DNA of 45,997 nucleotides from an uncultured Coriobacteriaceae bacterium (GTDB taxonomy: Bacteria > Actinomycetota > Coriobacteriia > Anaerosomatales > Anaerosomataceae), in NCBI GenBank assembly GCA_964527045.1, contig CAZGNF010000001.1, positions 1 to 45,997 on the forward strand, given 5' to 3'. Position 1 is the stretch's first letter; every line of letters begins with the position of its first letter. Both the position numbers and the translations under genes were made by a program. Below the pieces are notes generated by a model. The model ran no database searches and had not been told where the DNA came from. It saw only the letters and a list, made by a program, of their open reading frames with translations. Shown here piece after piece: positions 1 through 7,642 of the stretch.

Positions 1-456
1 GGAGGAACCCTCGTTGGCGGGCTTCACGACGGTCTTCTCGCCAAGCGCCGCGACGATGCCGCTGTAGTCGACCTTATCGCCCGTGGTGAGTGCAACGTAC
101 TCGGGCGAACGCAGGCCCGACGCCGCGAAGAGGTGCTTGGACATGACCTTGTCGATCGCAAGCGCGCTCGCCAGTACACCTGAGCCGATGTACGGGATGC
201 CGAGGATCTCCAGCAGGCCTTGCATCGTGCCATCCTCGCCGAAGCGTCCGTGCAGGCAGATGAAGGCGACGTCGAAGCCGCCGTCACGCAGCGTGTCCAA
301 GAATGCGAGGTTGGCGGTGTCGATCGCCTCGGCGATGGCGCCCGCTTCGCGCAGCGCGCCGATCACCTGCTCGCCGGTGTGCAACGACACTTCGCGCTCG
401 GCAGAGGTTCCGCCAAGCAGAACGGCGACCTTGCGGCCCTCGATGGAGGCGGCCAT
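1..456 (-). CDS. ddl: D-alanine--D-alanine ligase, N-terminal 152 codons; the gene continues past the window start
   Basis: Absent from the ORF track because there is no stop inside the window. The reverse complement from ATG (456-454) reads MAASIEGRKVAVLLGGTSAEREVSLHTGEQV...DVAFICLHGRFGEDGTMQGLLEILGIPYIGSGVLASALAIDKVMSK...VVKPANEGSS. This is the typical Ddl N-terminal/ATP-grasp start. Confidence 0.85.
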   Translation of the reverse strand, partial: MAASIEGRKVAVLLGGTSAEREVSLHTGEQVIGALREAGAIAEAIDTANLAFLDTLRDGGFDVAFICLHGRFGEDGTMQGLLEILGIPYIGSGVLASALAIDKVMSKHLFAASGLRSPEYVALTTGDKVDYSGIVAALGEKTVVKPANEGSS

Positions 457-480
457 GGTTCCCCTTTCGGTCACAAGCGC

Positions 481-1146
481 CTAGACGTGGAAGCCGGCGC
501 GATAGAGATCAAGCATGTAGAGCGCGACGAGCCACAGGATCACGCCAACGAACGTCGCACCTGCGGAGCGGAGCAACGCAGAGGTGAGCAGGCCCGTGCG
601 ATGCTCGGGCTCGGCTTTGGCGCGCGCAACCAGCCACACGACAAGCGCGAGGATGGGACCGAGCGCCACCAGCGCGACGCCGCCATAGACGCTCAGTGCG
701 TACTCGGGCGCCCAGAGGGCGCCGCCAGCCGCTGCCGGCGTGCGAAGCAGCACCACGGTCGCAACAGCGAGCACGACCCACAGGCCGAGGTACAACGAGA
801 ACGGCACCCAGCTTACCGAGGACGGTGCTTCCTCTGGCGCCCCGGTGGACTCGGTGGACTCTTCGGGCTCGGCGGGCTCGGCCTCGGCGACTTCAGCCTC
901 GACGGGCTCGTCGGGCTCGGCAGCTTCGTCGGGCTCGGGCTCGGGCTCGAGGTCGGCTTCGCCCTCCGGCTCCGGTGTCTCCTCGGGAGCAGCCTCGGGC
1001 TCGACATCCTCGGGGGCAGCAGTGGGTTCCTGCGATTCCTCGACCACAGCGGCATCCTCGGCGGCATCCTGCTCACCAAGCGTCAGTTGCTCATCAGCCG
1101 CATCTGTCACCGGCTGCGTTTCGCTGTTCTCAAGCTCATCACTCAC
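481..1146 (-). CDS. Membrane protein with an acidic Glu/Pro/Ala-rich low-complexity N-terminus and about 3 C-terminal TM helices; function unknown
   Basis: 221-aa ORF with GTG start at 1146, preceded by GAGGGAG. The N-terminal 110 aa are EP/PE/AE repeats. The C-terminus has hydrophobic segments (VPFSLYLGLWVVLAVATVVLL, YGGVALVALGPILALVVWLVA, FVGVILWLVALYMLDLY). It ends 24 nt upstream of the ddl start on the same strand. Confidence 0.6.
   Translation of the reverse strand: MSDELENSETQPVTDAADEQLTLGEQDAAEDAAVVEESQEPTAAPEDVEPEAAPEETPEPEGEADLEPEPEPDEAAEPDEPVEAEVAEAEPAEPEESTESTGAPEEAPSSVSWVPFSLYLGLWVVLAVATVVLLRTPAAAGGALWAPEYALSVYGGVALVALGPILALVVWLVARAKAEPEHRTGLLTSALLRSAGATFVGVILWLVALYMLDLYRAGFHV
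845..1012. repeat. Imperfect GGGCTC/GGCTCG hexamer-rich tract encoding the EP/PE repeats of the 481-1146 protein
   Basis: Runs such as gggctcggcgggctcggcctcggc and gtcgggctcgggctcgggctcgaggtcggc are visible directly in the sequence. Confidence 0.5.
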
Positions 1147-1331
1147 AGGAACTCCCTCGGCTCGCCTTCTGCGTCAGTCTAGAGGAGCGCGAACGGCGCG
1201 TAAAACGATATGACGGTCTTGTGCAGATTCGATGCGGTTTAACTGCCGGATAGGTCTGGTTGGGTTTGGTGGACATACTATAGACACGCTGAAACTCGGC
1301 AGATAGCAACGCCGCATACGGAAGGTACGCC

Positions 1332-2636
1332 ATGGATAACGACACCACGCTTCCCACACCGGACCCCACGGACGCCGAACCGACACTCGCCACCGACGCC
1401 ACGGTCGGTGTGACGCCAGACGTCATTGTCGAGTCTACGGCAGCTGAGACTCCGGAACCCTCGTCGGAGCTTCCCGCAGTCGCGACACCTGTCGCGCCCG
1501 CTGCGCAGCCCAGACCCCGCTCCCCCATGGGCACCGTCATCGCGGTCGCCATCGTCGTTGCGCTGCTCTTCGGCGGCGCAGCGGGCGTGGGCGGCGCGTA
1601 CCTCGGCTCGAAGGTCTTCAAGACGACCAAGCAGACCGTCACGGTCGTGAAGGGCGACACCGAGGAGTCCGTCGCCGCTGCGGCCGCCGCCGCACTGCCG
1701 AGCGTCGTCAACATCGACATCACCGGGACGGTGACCGACAACGAGTCACAGCTCCCCACCACGCACCCCGATGTGCCCGTTACCGGCAACGGCTCCGGCG
1801 TAGCGTTCCGGGCCGCCGATGACGGCGGCACGTATATCCTCACAAACGATCACGTGGCGGCAGACGCGAAGACACTCGTCGTCACCGATTCCACTGGCGA
1901 ACGACACGACGCCACCGTCATCGGCACCGATGCCGAGACCGATATCGCTGTCCTCAGGGTCGATGCGAAGCTTCCCACGATCGCCACAGGCGATTCCGAG
2001 CAGCTTGTTGTTGGCCAGCTGGTCATCGCCATCGGCTCTCCGTTCGGTCTCCAGCACTCGGTGACGTCCGGCGTCGTCTCGGCAATCCATCGCTCGCTCC
2101 CCGACTCCACCGGATCAAGCACCAAGTATCCGCTCGTGGACGTCATCCAGACCGACGCGGCGATCAACCCGGGTAACTCGGGCGGCGCGCTCGTCGACCG
2201 GACCGGCGCACTCATCGGGATTCCCTCGGCGATCTACTCGAACAGCGGCGCAAATGACGGCATTGGTTTCGCGATCCCCGTCAAAGCAGCGCTGCGTGTT
2301 GCCGACGCGCTCATCAAGACGGGTTCTGTCGAGCATCCATTCCTCGGCATATCGGGCCAGACGGTCACGGTCGATTTCGCCAAGACGGAGAAGCTCCCGG
2401 TGAACGAAGGTGCGTATATCGTCGAAACGACGAAGGGCACGGAAGCCGAGAAGGCCGGCCTGCGCAAAGGCGATGTCGTCGTGAAACTCGACTCGACGAC
2501 GATCCGCTCGATGGATGATCTGATCCTCGCCGTTCGCCGCAAAGCAGTCGGCGACACCGTCGTGCTTTCGCTCTACCGTGACGGCAAGCTCATCGAGGTC
2601 GACATGAAGGTCGGCGTGAAGCCTGCGGACCTCTAG
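1332..2636 (+). CDS. htrA: HtrA/DegP-family trypsin-like serine protease with an N-terminal membrane anchor and a C-terminal PDZ domain
   Basis: 434-aa ORF. Catalytic blocks are TNDHVAADA (His), ETDIAVLRV (Asp) and GNSGGALV (Ser). A TM segment (VIAVAIVVALLFGGAAGVGGAYL) is present. The PDZ-like C-terminus reads GAYIVETTKGTEAEKAGLRKGDVVVKLD. RBS is GGAAGG. Confidence 0.88.
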   Translation: MDNDTTLPTPDPTDAEPTLATDATVGVTPDVIVESTAAETPEPSSELPAVATPVAPAAQPRPRSPMGTVIAVAIVVALLFGGAAGVGGAYLGSKVFKTTKQTVTVVKGDTEESVAAAAAAALPSVVNIDITGTVTDNESQLPTTHPDVPVTGNGSGVAFRAADDGGTYILTNDHVAADAKTLVVTDSTGERHDATVIGTDAETDIAVLRVDAKLPTIATGDSEQLVVGQLVIAIGSPFGLQHSVTSGVVSAIHRSLPDSTGSSTKYPLVDVIQTDAAINPGNSGGALVDRTGALIGIPSAIYSNSGANDGIGFAIPVKAALRVADALIKTGSVEHPFLGISGQTVTVDFAKTEKLPVNEGAYIVETTKGTEAEKAGLRKGDVVVKLDSTTIRSMDDLILAVRRKAVGDTVVLSLYRDGKLIEVDMKVGVKPADL

Positions 2637-2654
2637 TCACGTCACCGGCACTTC

Positions 2655-2690
2655 GAACGGGGCGCCTTCCGGGTGCCCCGTTCTTGTACC
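2655..2690 (+). terminator. Rho-independent terminator after htrA
   Basis: GAACGGGGCGCC-TTCC-GGGTGCCCCGTTC hairpin followed by TTGT, located 19 nt after the htrA stop. Confidence 0.6.
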
Positions 2691-2775
2691 CTGAACATGT
2701 CAGAACTGTGGACTGGGTAGAATATGCTTCGTTGTTCAGCCGAACACAGCATCATTCACCCCGAGAGGAGAACCA

Positions 2776-3276
2776 ATGGTTGAGACGTACCGCTGCAAGG
2801 GTTGTGGCTACTACCACGTCGGCCCGGCACCCGACGTTTGCCCCGTGTGTGGCGCACCACAGTCGTTCTTTCTGCCGTACACCGGCGTCGGCGACCTGAC
2901 CGGCACGACGACGCTTGAGAACCTCAAGGCCGCCTTTGCCGGCGAATCGCAGGCCAACCGCCGCTACACGCTTTTCGCCCGTATCGCACGCCTCGAGGGT
3001 GACGAGGAAGCTGCTGCTGCCTTCGATCACGCTGCCGCCGAGGAGACCGCGCACGCGCTTGGGCATCTCGCCTACATGTCCGCGTTCGGCTCGACTGCCG
3101 AGAACCTGAACACCGCTGCAGAGGGCGAGAACTACGAGACCGTCGACATGTATCCGGCATTCGCTGAGGCCGCCGAGGCCGAGGGTTTCCCGGAGATCGC
3201 CTTCTACTTCCGCTCGGTCGGCTCGTACGAGCGCAAGCACCGCGATGCGTACAAGAAGGCTCTCGGCGAAGCGTAG
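2776..3276 (+). CDS. rbr: Reverse rubrerythrin: N-terminal rubredoxin-like Cys4 finger followed by a ferritin-like di-iron domain
   Basis: 166 aa. CKGC...CPVC lies within the first 26 residues. Two ExxH di-iron motifs follow (EETAH, YERKH), with GESQANRRY and EGENYE helices. RBS is GAGAGGAG. Confidence 0.85.
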   Translation: MVETYRCKGCGYYHVGPAPDVCPVCGAPQSFFLPYTGVGDLTGTTTLENLKAAFAGESQANRRYTLFARIARLEGDEEAAAAFDHAAAEETAHALGHLAYMSAFGSTAENLNTAAEGENYETVDMYPAFAEAAEAEGFPEIAFYFRSVGSYERKHRDAYKKALGEA

Positions 3277-4317
3277 GTGACAACTACCACGCCCGACATC
3301 AAGAGCCTGGACCTTGCCGGTATCGAGAACGCCCTGACCGAGATGGGTCAGCCGCGATTCCGCGTCCGGCAGGTCGTTCGCTGGCTCTACGGACGGGGTG
3401 TGGCTGCTTTCGATGAGATGACCGACCTGCCGGGGGCGCTACGCGCGCAACTCTCAGAGCGATTCGCCCTCGGCAGGCTCGTTCTCTCAGCGAAGGAGCT
3501 TTCGGCCGACGGCACAAGGAAGTACCTGTGGGAACTGCCCGACAAGACGACCGTCGAAAGCGTTGGAATCCCTGCGGGCGATCGTCTGACGGTCTGCTTC
3601 TCAACGCAAGCCGGGTGCGCCATGGGTTGCACGTTTTGCGCGACCGGCCAGGATGGGCTCACGCGTAGTCTGCTGCCCGGCGAGATGGTCGACCAGGTGC
3701 TCGGGGTCGCGGCCGACATGAACGCCCGGGTCTCCAACGCTGTTGCGATGGGACAGGGCGAACCATTCGCCAACTACGACGCCACACTCGCCGCCCTTCG
3801 GTTCATGAACTCCCCCGACGGGCCCGAGATCGGTGCACGCCACCTCACGGTGTCGACCTGCGGTCTGTTGCCGGGGATTCGTCGCTTCTCGGCAGAACCC
3901 GAACAGTTCACACTTGCGGTCTCGCTTCACTCGGCGGTTCAAGTCACGCGTGACCGACTGATGCCCGGAGTAGCTCGCTACCCGCTCGACCAGCTCCGAG
4001 AAGCGCTTGCGGCTTACGGCGTGCGGACGGGACGGCGCCCAACGCTCGAGTTCGCACTCGTGGCAGGCACGAACGACTCCGACGAGGAGCTTAAGGCGCT
4101 TGTTGCGTTCTGCCGAGGCATGCTCTGCCACGTGAATCTCATCCCGGTGAATCCTGTTTCCGGCTCCGATGCACGGCGTCCAGACGACGCGCGAGTGCGT
4201 GCGTTCGCGGCCACGCTCACATCGGCAGGCATCGAGTGCTCCATTAGAGCTGAACGAGGCGTGGATATCAGCGCTGCTTGCGGACAGCTCCGACAGCAGC
4301 ACCGCGCCTCGGATTGA
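3277..4317 (+). CDS. rlmN: 23S rRNA/tRNA adenine-C2 methyltransferase, radical SAM (RlmN)
   Basis: 346 aa. Contains the radical-SAM CAMGCTFCATGQ motif and N-terminal FRVRQVVRWLY. Conserved blocks include LAVSLHS, LEFALVAGTNDS, VNLIPVNP and C-terminal ACGQL. The GTG start directly abuts the rbr stop (TAG GTG). Confidence 0.9.
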   Translation: MTTTTPDIKSLDLAGIENALTEMGQPRFRVRQVVRWLYGRGVAAFDEMTDLPGALRAQLSERFALGRLVLSAKELSADGTRKYLWELPDKTTVESVGIPAGDRLTVCFSTQAGCAMGCTFCATGQDGLTRSLLPGEMVDQVLGVAADMNARVSNAVAMGQGEPFANYDATLAALRFMNSPDGPEIGARHLTVSTCGLLPGIRRFSAEPEQFTLAVSLHSAVQVTRDRLMPGVARYPLDQLREALAAYGVRTGRRPTLEFALVAGTNDSDEELKALVAFCRGMLCHVNLIPVNPVSGSDARRPDDARVRAFAATLTSAGIECSIRAERGVDISAACGQLRQQHRASD

Positions 4318-7300
4318 TCGGGCAGGTCCCACCAAGCGCGGGGCAGTCATCGCACACCCGGGCAGTGTATTCCGCAAGCGGCGCGAAGCTGCCGTCCGCT
4401 ATCGCCGAGACAACACGGGTCAGCCCCTCTTCGATGCGGTCCGCATCACCGGGTCCGAATTCAAAGCGCGTTTCGCGACAACCGCGCTCGATCTCCACGA
4501 ACCTGACCGTGACCCGCTTCGCCCCGGCCCTGAGAACCGCCAGCGCATAGCATTCGGCCTGTGAGTGATACCGAGCGGCGGCCTCCTCGGCGGACAACTC
4601 ACCCGAGCCCGTCTTGTAGTCGATGACCGTGGCGTCGTTTCCCGTCCATGCAAGCATGTCGATGCTGCCTTGCAGGAGCGTGTCGCCAAGGGGCACGGCA
4701 AACGGACACTCGGCATGTATCCTGTCGGCGGCTGCCACTGCACGGGCTGTCTCGCTGGAGAGGTAGTCGGCCACCACGGCCTGGAGGCGCCCGAGTTGCT
4801 CTTCACCGAGTCCGTTCGCTCGCGCTATGCACACCAGTCGATTCTGATCTGGCGCCGATCCCGAGACGGAGAGCTGCAGCGCCGCATGAACCGCGCTTCC
4901 GAAGCCGAGCGGTCCCGCAGTATCAGGAACCGAAGGGGTCTTGAGTCGCGCGATGCGGGTCGCGTAGAACTTGTACGCGCATTCGGCGTACACCGACAGC
5001 CCGGTGTACGAGACCGAGCGGGGTTGGCAAGAAGGCATCGCAGGTGCGGGTGCCGTAACCTGTTCTGGCAGCAGGCCGGGCTCGACCTCGGCGCTAGGAG
5101 CACATTCAAGGACTGCCGGAAGCGGCACGGTCGAGATGTGTACTGCCACGGAGTTGTCCGCCCCGATTCGAACCTCGGGCGCAAGTTCCGCTGCCGGCCC
5201 CGCGATCTGCGCGGCACGACGCAGGCGATCGATGTCGCACCGTCCTTCGGACTGCTTTGAGACGTCAACAGACGCGCTGAGGATGAGACACTCCCGAGCC
5301 CGGGTGCAGGCGACGTACAGGAGCCGGTCGGCCTCTGCCAGCTCCTCTGAGGCGTCGATCTCCTTCAGCTCTGTGAACGCGGCACTCTCGATCGATGTGC
5401 CGTCCGCAAAGAGGGTTCTTGGGACCTTGACGGCCAAGAGCGGCTCCTGCCCTCTGCCGACAAGCGCCTCGCCACACCCTCCGTCGCCACCAGACGCCAG
5501 GTTCCCGACCACAACGACGGGGAACTCGAGCCCCTTCGCCGCGTGCACACTCATGATCCTCACCGCGTCGATGCCCTCACCTGTGAGGGTTGCCTGCTTC
5601 TCGGGTGAGAGATCACGGTGCAGGGCAACGTGTTTGAGGAATCCGCCGAGGTCGCCTGATGAGCGCTGCTCGTATTCTTCGGCAAGCCGGCCAAGCTTGA
5701 GCACGTTGGCCCAGGCACGGGGGCCGCTCGGCCCTGACGCGAACAAGACCAGGTCATAGTCGAGGAGCTCGCACGCCTCATGGATAAGCTCCGCGATACC
5801 GCGCTTTCCGCGACTGCGTCGAAGCGTCTGGATTGTCGCAATCACACGGCTCACTGCAACCAACTCGTGCGCTGACGCATCGAGCCCCTCGGATCGCATG
5901 AGCGCGTCCCAGAGACACGTCGGGCCATCCATGGTCGCCAGCCGGTACATCGTGAGTTCCTGGAGCGCGACCATCCGACCCGCCAGGACCTTCATCAACG
6001 CCTCATCATTGCGCGGGTTGTCGATGACGGAGAGCAGCGCGATCACTTCGTCGACCTCCGCGCGATCGAAGTACGTGCCTCCCGATGCAACGTAGACGTC
6101 GAACCCCTCGGCCACCAACGCGGCTTCGACCAGCTCAGCCCGTCCCTGCATCGCTCGCAAGAGGACGACCATGTCGCCCTGTGGCGCGCCGCCAGCACGC
6201 AATGCGGCCAGCCGCTGCGCGATTGACGCCGCCTCCATGGCGCGTTTGGCTTCAGCCTTCTGCCCCTGCGCATCCGTTAGCAGGAACTGGACTCGTGACT
6301 CAGCTTCTGGCCAAGGATATGGTTCTCGCTCCTCCCGCATAGCTGCGAGCCGGACGAAGTCGTCACCAAAGAAGGTTGCGCTGTCGAACAGTTCGTTGAT
6401 GGCGCCAATCACGTCTCTGTGAGAGCGGTAGTTCGCTTTGAGCACGCTCACCGATGGCGCCTGCTCGGCCAGGGTCCGAAAGACGCTCACGTCCGCGTGA
6501 CGGAACCTGTAGATGGACTGCTTGTCATCACCCACGGTGAGCAGATCGTTTGCTGAGAGAGCTTTAGCGATGCGCAGCTGCAGCGCGTTGGTGTCTTGAA
6601 ACTCATCGATCATGACGAGCTTGAATGCGTCCTGGTACCGGGCGGCGATGTCCGGCTGAGACTCAAGCAGCGCAGCCGTCTTGAGTTGCAGGTCCTCGAA
6701 ATCGAGAACGCCACGTTCGGCTTTGGCGGCTTCGTAGGACAGATCGAACGCATCGATCACGCGCAGCAAGGCTTGCTCGTATGGCGATGCGATGATCTGC
6801 GCGACCTGTGCCCTCACAAGCGCGACCAGCCCCTTCGCGGACTCCGCGAGCTCCTTGACCTCCTGCGAGCCACGTTTGTGGAACGCAGCGTCATTGAGGG
6901 CCTCGGCGACGCGGCGAGCGACGACCTGTTTGTCCTCGGCCTGGTCCAGCGCGGCGAGTGCGTCTGCGCATGCCCGCGCCGAGCGCGCGCCTGAGTCTGT
7001 CGTCTGCGTGGATCCGAGCGCTCCGTACGAGCCCGAGAGTCCCTCGAATTCGGAGCGCCATTCCTGCAGGCACCGTCCAGACGGCTCCTCGGCACTACGC
7101 AGCTCCGCGACGCTGCGCCCCATCGAGCGGAGCGCCCCGTGGACCCGCGACACCATCGAGGCGACACGTGATGCACCGAAGTCGATGATGAGCCGTTCGA
7201 TAGCCTTGTCTGACTCCATGAGCGTGCGCGCTGCTGCCTCAAACGCCTCCTGCTCCAAGATGCCGGCTTCGACTTGCGTCGCTACCGAGAACCGCGGATC

Positions 7301-7642
7301 GAGCCCCGCCTCAAAGGCATGGCGCCGCAGAATCCGAGAACACATCTTGTGGATGGTGGACACCCAGGCCTGATCGACCCGGCGGGCCTCAGCGTCGTGT
7401 CCCTCTGCGAGCAGCGCCGCGCGAACCCGTTCCGCGATCTCACCCGCCGCCTTGTCGGTGAATGTCACCGCCAGAACGTCGGTCGCCGAGCATGGTCCGA
7501 TCTCGATCTCACCGAGAACCGCTGCGACGAATCGGGCCACGAGGACTCGCGTCTTGCCGGAGCCTGCTGCCGCAGCGACGAACAGATCGCCCGGGGCTGC
7601 GTGGACGACCGCGTCTTGCTCGGGGGCCAGCTGCATCTTCAT
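4268..7642 (-). CDS. addA: AddA/RecB-like UvrD-family helicase-nuclease subunit with a C-terminal PD-(D/E)xK nuclease and a Cys cluster
   Basis: Walker A is AAAGSGKTRVLV, with UvrD motifs (TFTDKAAGE, IDEFQDTN, YRSH). Nuclease blocks are GSIDMLAW...VIDYKTG. Cys residues are YAECAYKF plus CDDCPALGGTC. I prefer ATG 7642 (RBS GGGGGGAGAG, ATGA overlap with the upstream stop) over the track start at 7660. Confidence 0.8.
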   Translation of the reverse strand: MKMQLAPEQDAVVHAAPGDLFVAAAAGSGKTRVLVARFVAAVLGEIEIGPCSATDVLAVTFTDKAAGEIAERVRAALLAEGHDAEARRVDQAWVSTIHKMCSRILRRHAFEAGLDPRFSVATQVEAGILEQEAFEAAARTLMESDKAIERLIIDFGASRVASMVSRVHGALRSMGRSVAELRSAEEPSGRCLQEWRSEFEGLSGSYGALGSTQTTDSGARSARACADALAALDQAEDKQVVARRVAEALNDAAFHKRGSQEVKELAESAKGLVALVRAQVAQIIASPYEQALLRVIDAFDLSYEAAKAERGVLDFEDLQLKTAALLESQPDIAARYQDAFKLVMIDEFQDTNALQLRIAKALSANDLLTVGDDKQSIYRFRHADVSVFRTLAEQAPSVSVLKANYRSHRDVIGAINELFDSATFFGDDFVRLAAMREEREPYPWPEAESRVQFLLTDAQGQKAEAKRAMEAASIAQRLAALRAGGAPQGDMVVLLRAMQGRAELVEAALVAEGFDVYVASGGTYFDRAEVDEVIALLSVIDNPRNDEALMKVLAGRMVALQELTMYRLATMDGPTCLWDALMRSEGLDASAHELVAVSRVIATIQTLRRSRGKRGIAELIHEACELLDYDLVLFASGPSGPRAWANVLKLGRLAEEYEQRSSGDLGGFLKHVALHRDLSPEKQATLTGEGIDAVRIMSVHAAKGLEFPVVVVGNLASGGDGGCGEALVGRGQEPLLAVKVPRTLFADGTSIESAAFTELKEIDASEELAEADRLLYVACTRARECLILSASVDVSKQSEGRCDIDRLRRAAQIAGPAAELAPEVRIGADNSVAVHISTVPLPAVLECAPSAEVEPGLLPEQVTAPAPAMPSCQPRSVSYTGLSVYAECAYKFYATRIARLKTPSVPDTAGPLGFGSAVHAALQLSVSGSAPDQNRLVCIARANGLGEEQLGRLQAVVADYLSSETARAVAAADRIHAECPFAVPLGDTLLQGSIDMLAWTGNDATVIDYKTGSGELSAEEAAARYHSQAECYALAVLRAGAKRVTVRFVEIERGCRETRFEFGPGDADRIEEGLTRVVSAIADGSFAPLAEYTARVCDDCPALGGTCPINPRRGAAVGAVRKQR

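Noticed and set aside
220-1182. 320-aa plus-strand ORF spanning the ddl start and the acidic membrane protein gene
   Set aside because: It is antisense to two well-supported minus-strand genes. The product is Arg/Gly/Leu-rich low complexity, typical of off-frame translation in high-GC DNA, and it has no RBS.
4122-4140. CTGCCACGTGAATCTC in rlmN, considered as a degenerate parS
   Set aside because: About 11-12 of 16 matches, with both outer arms broken. Not credible without ChIP data.
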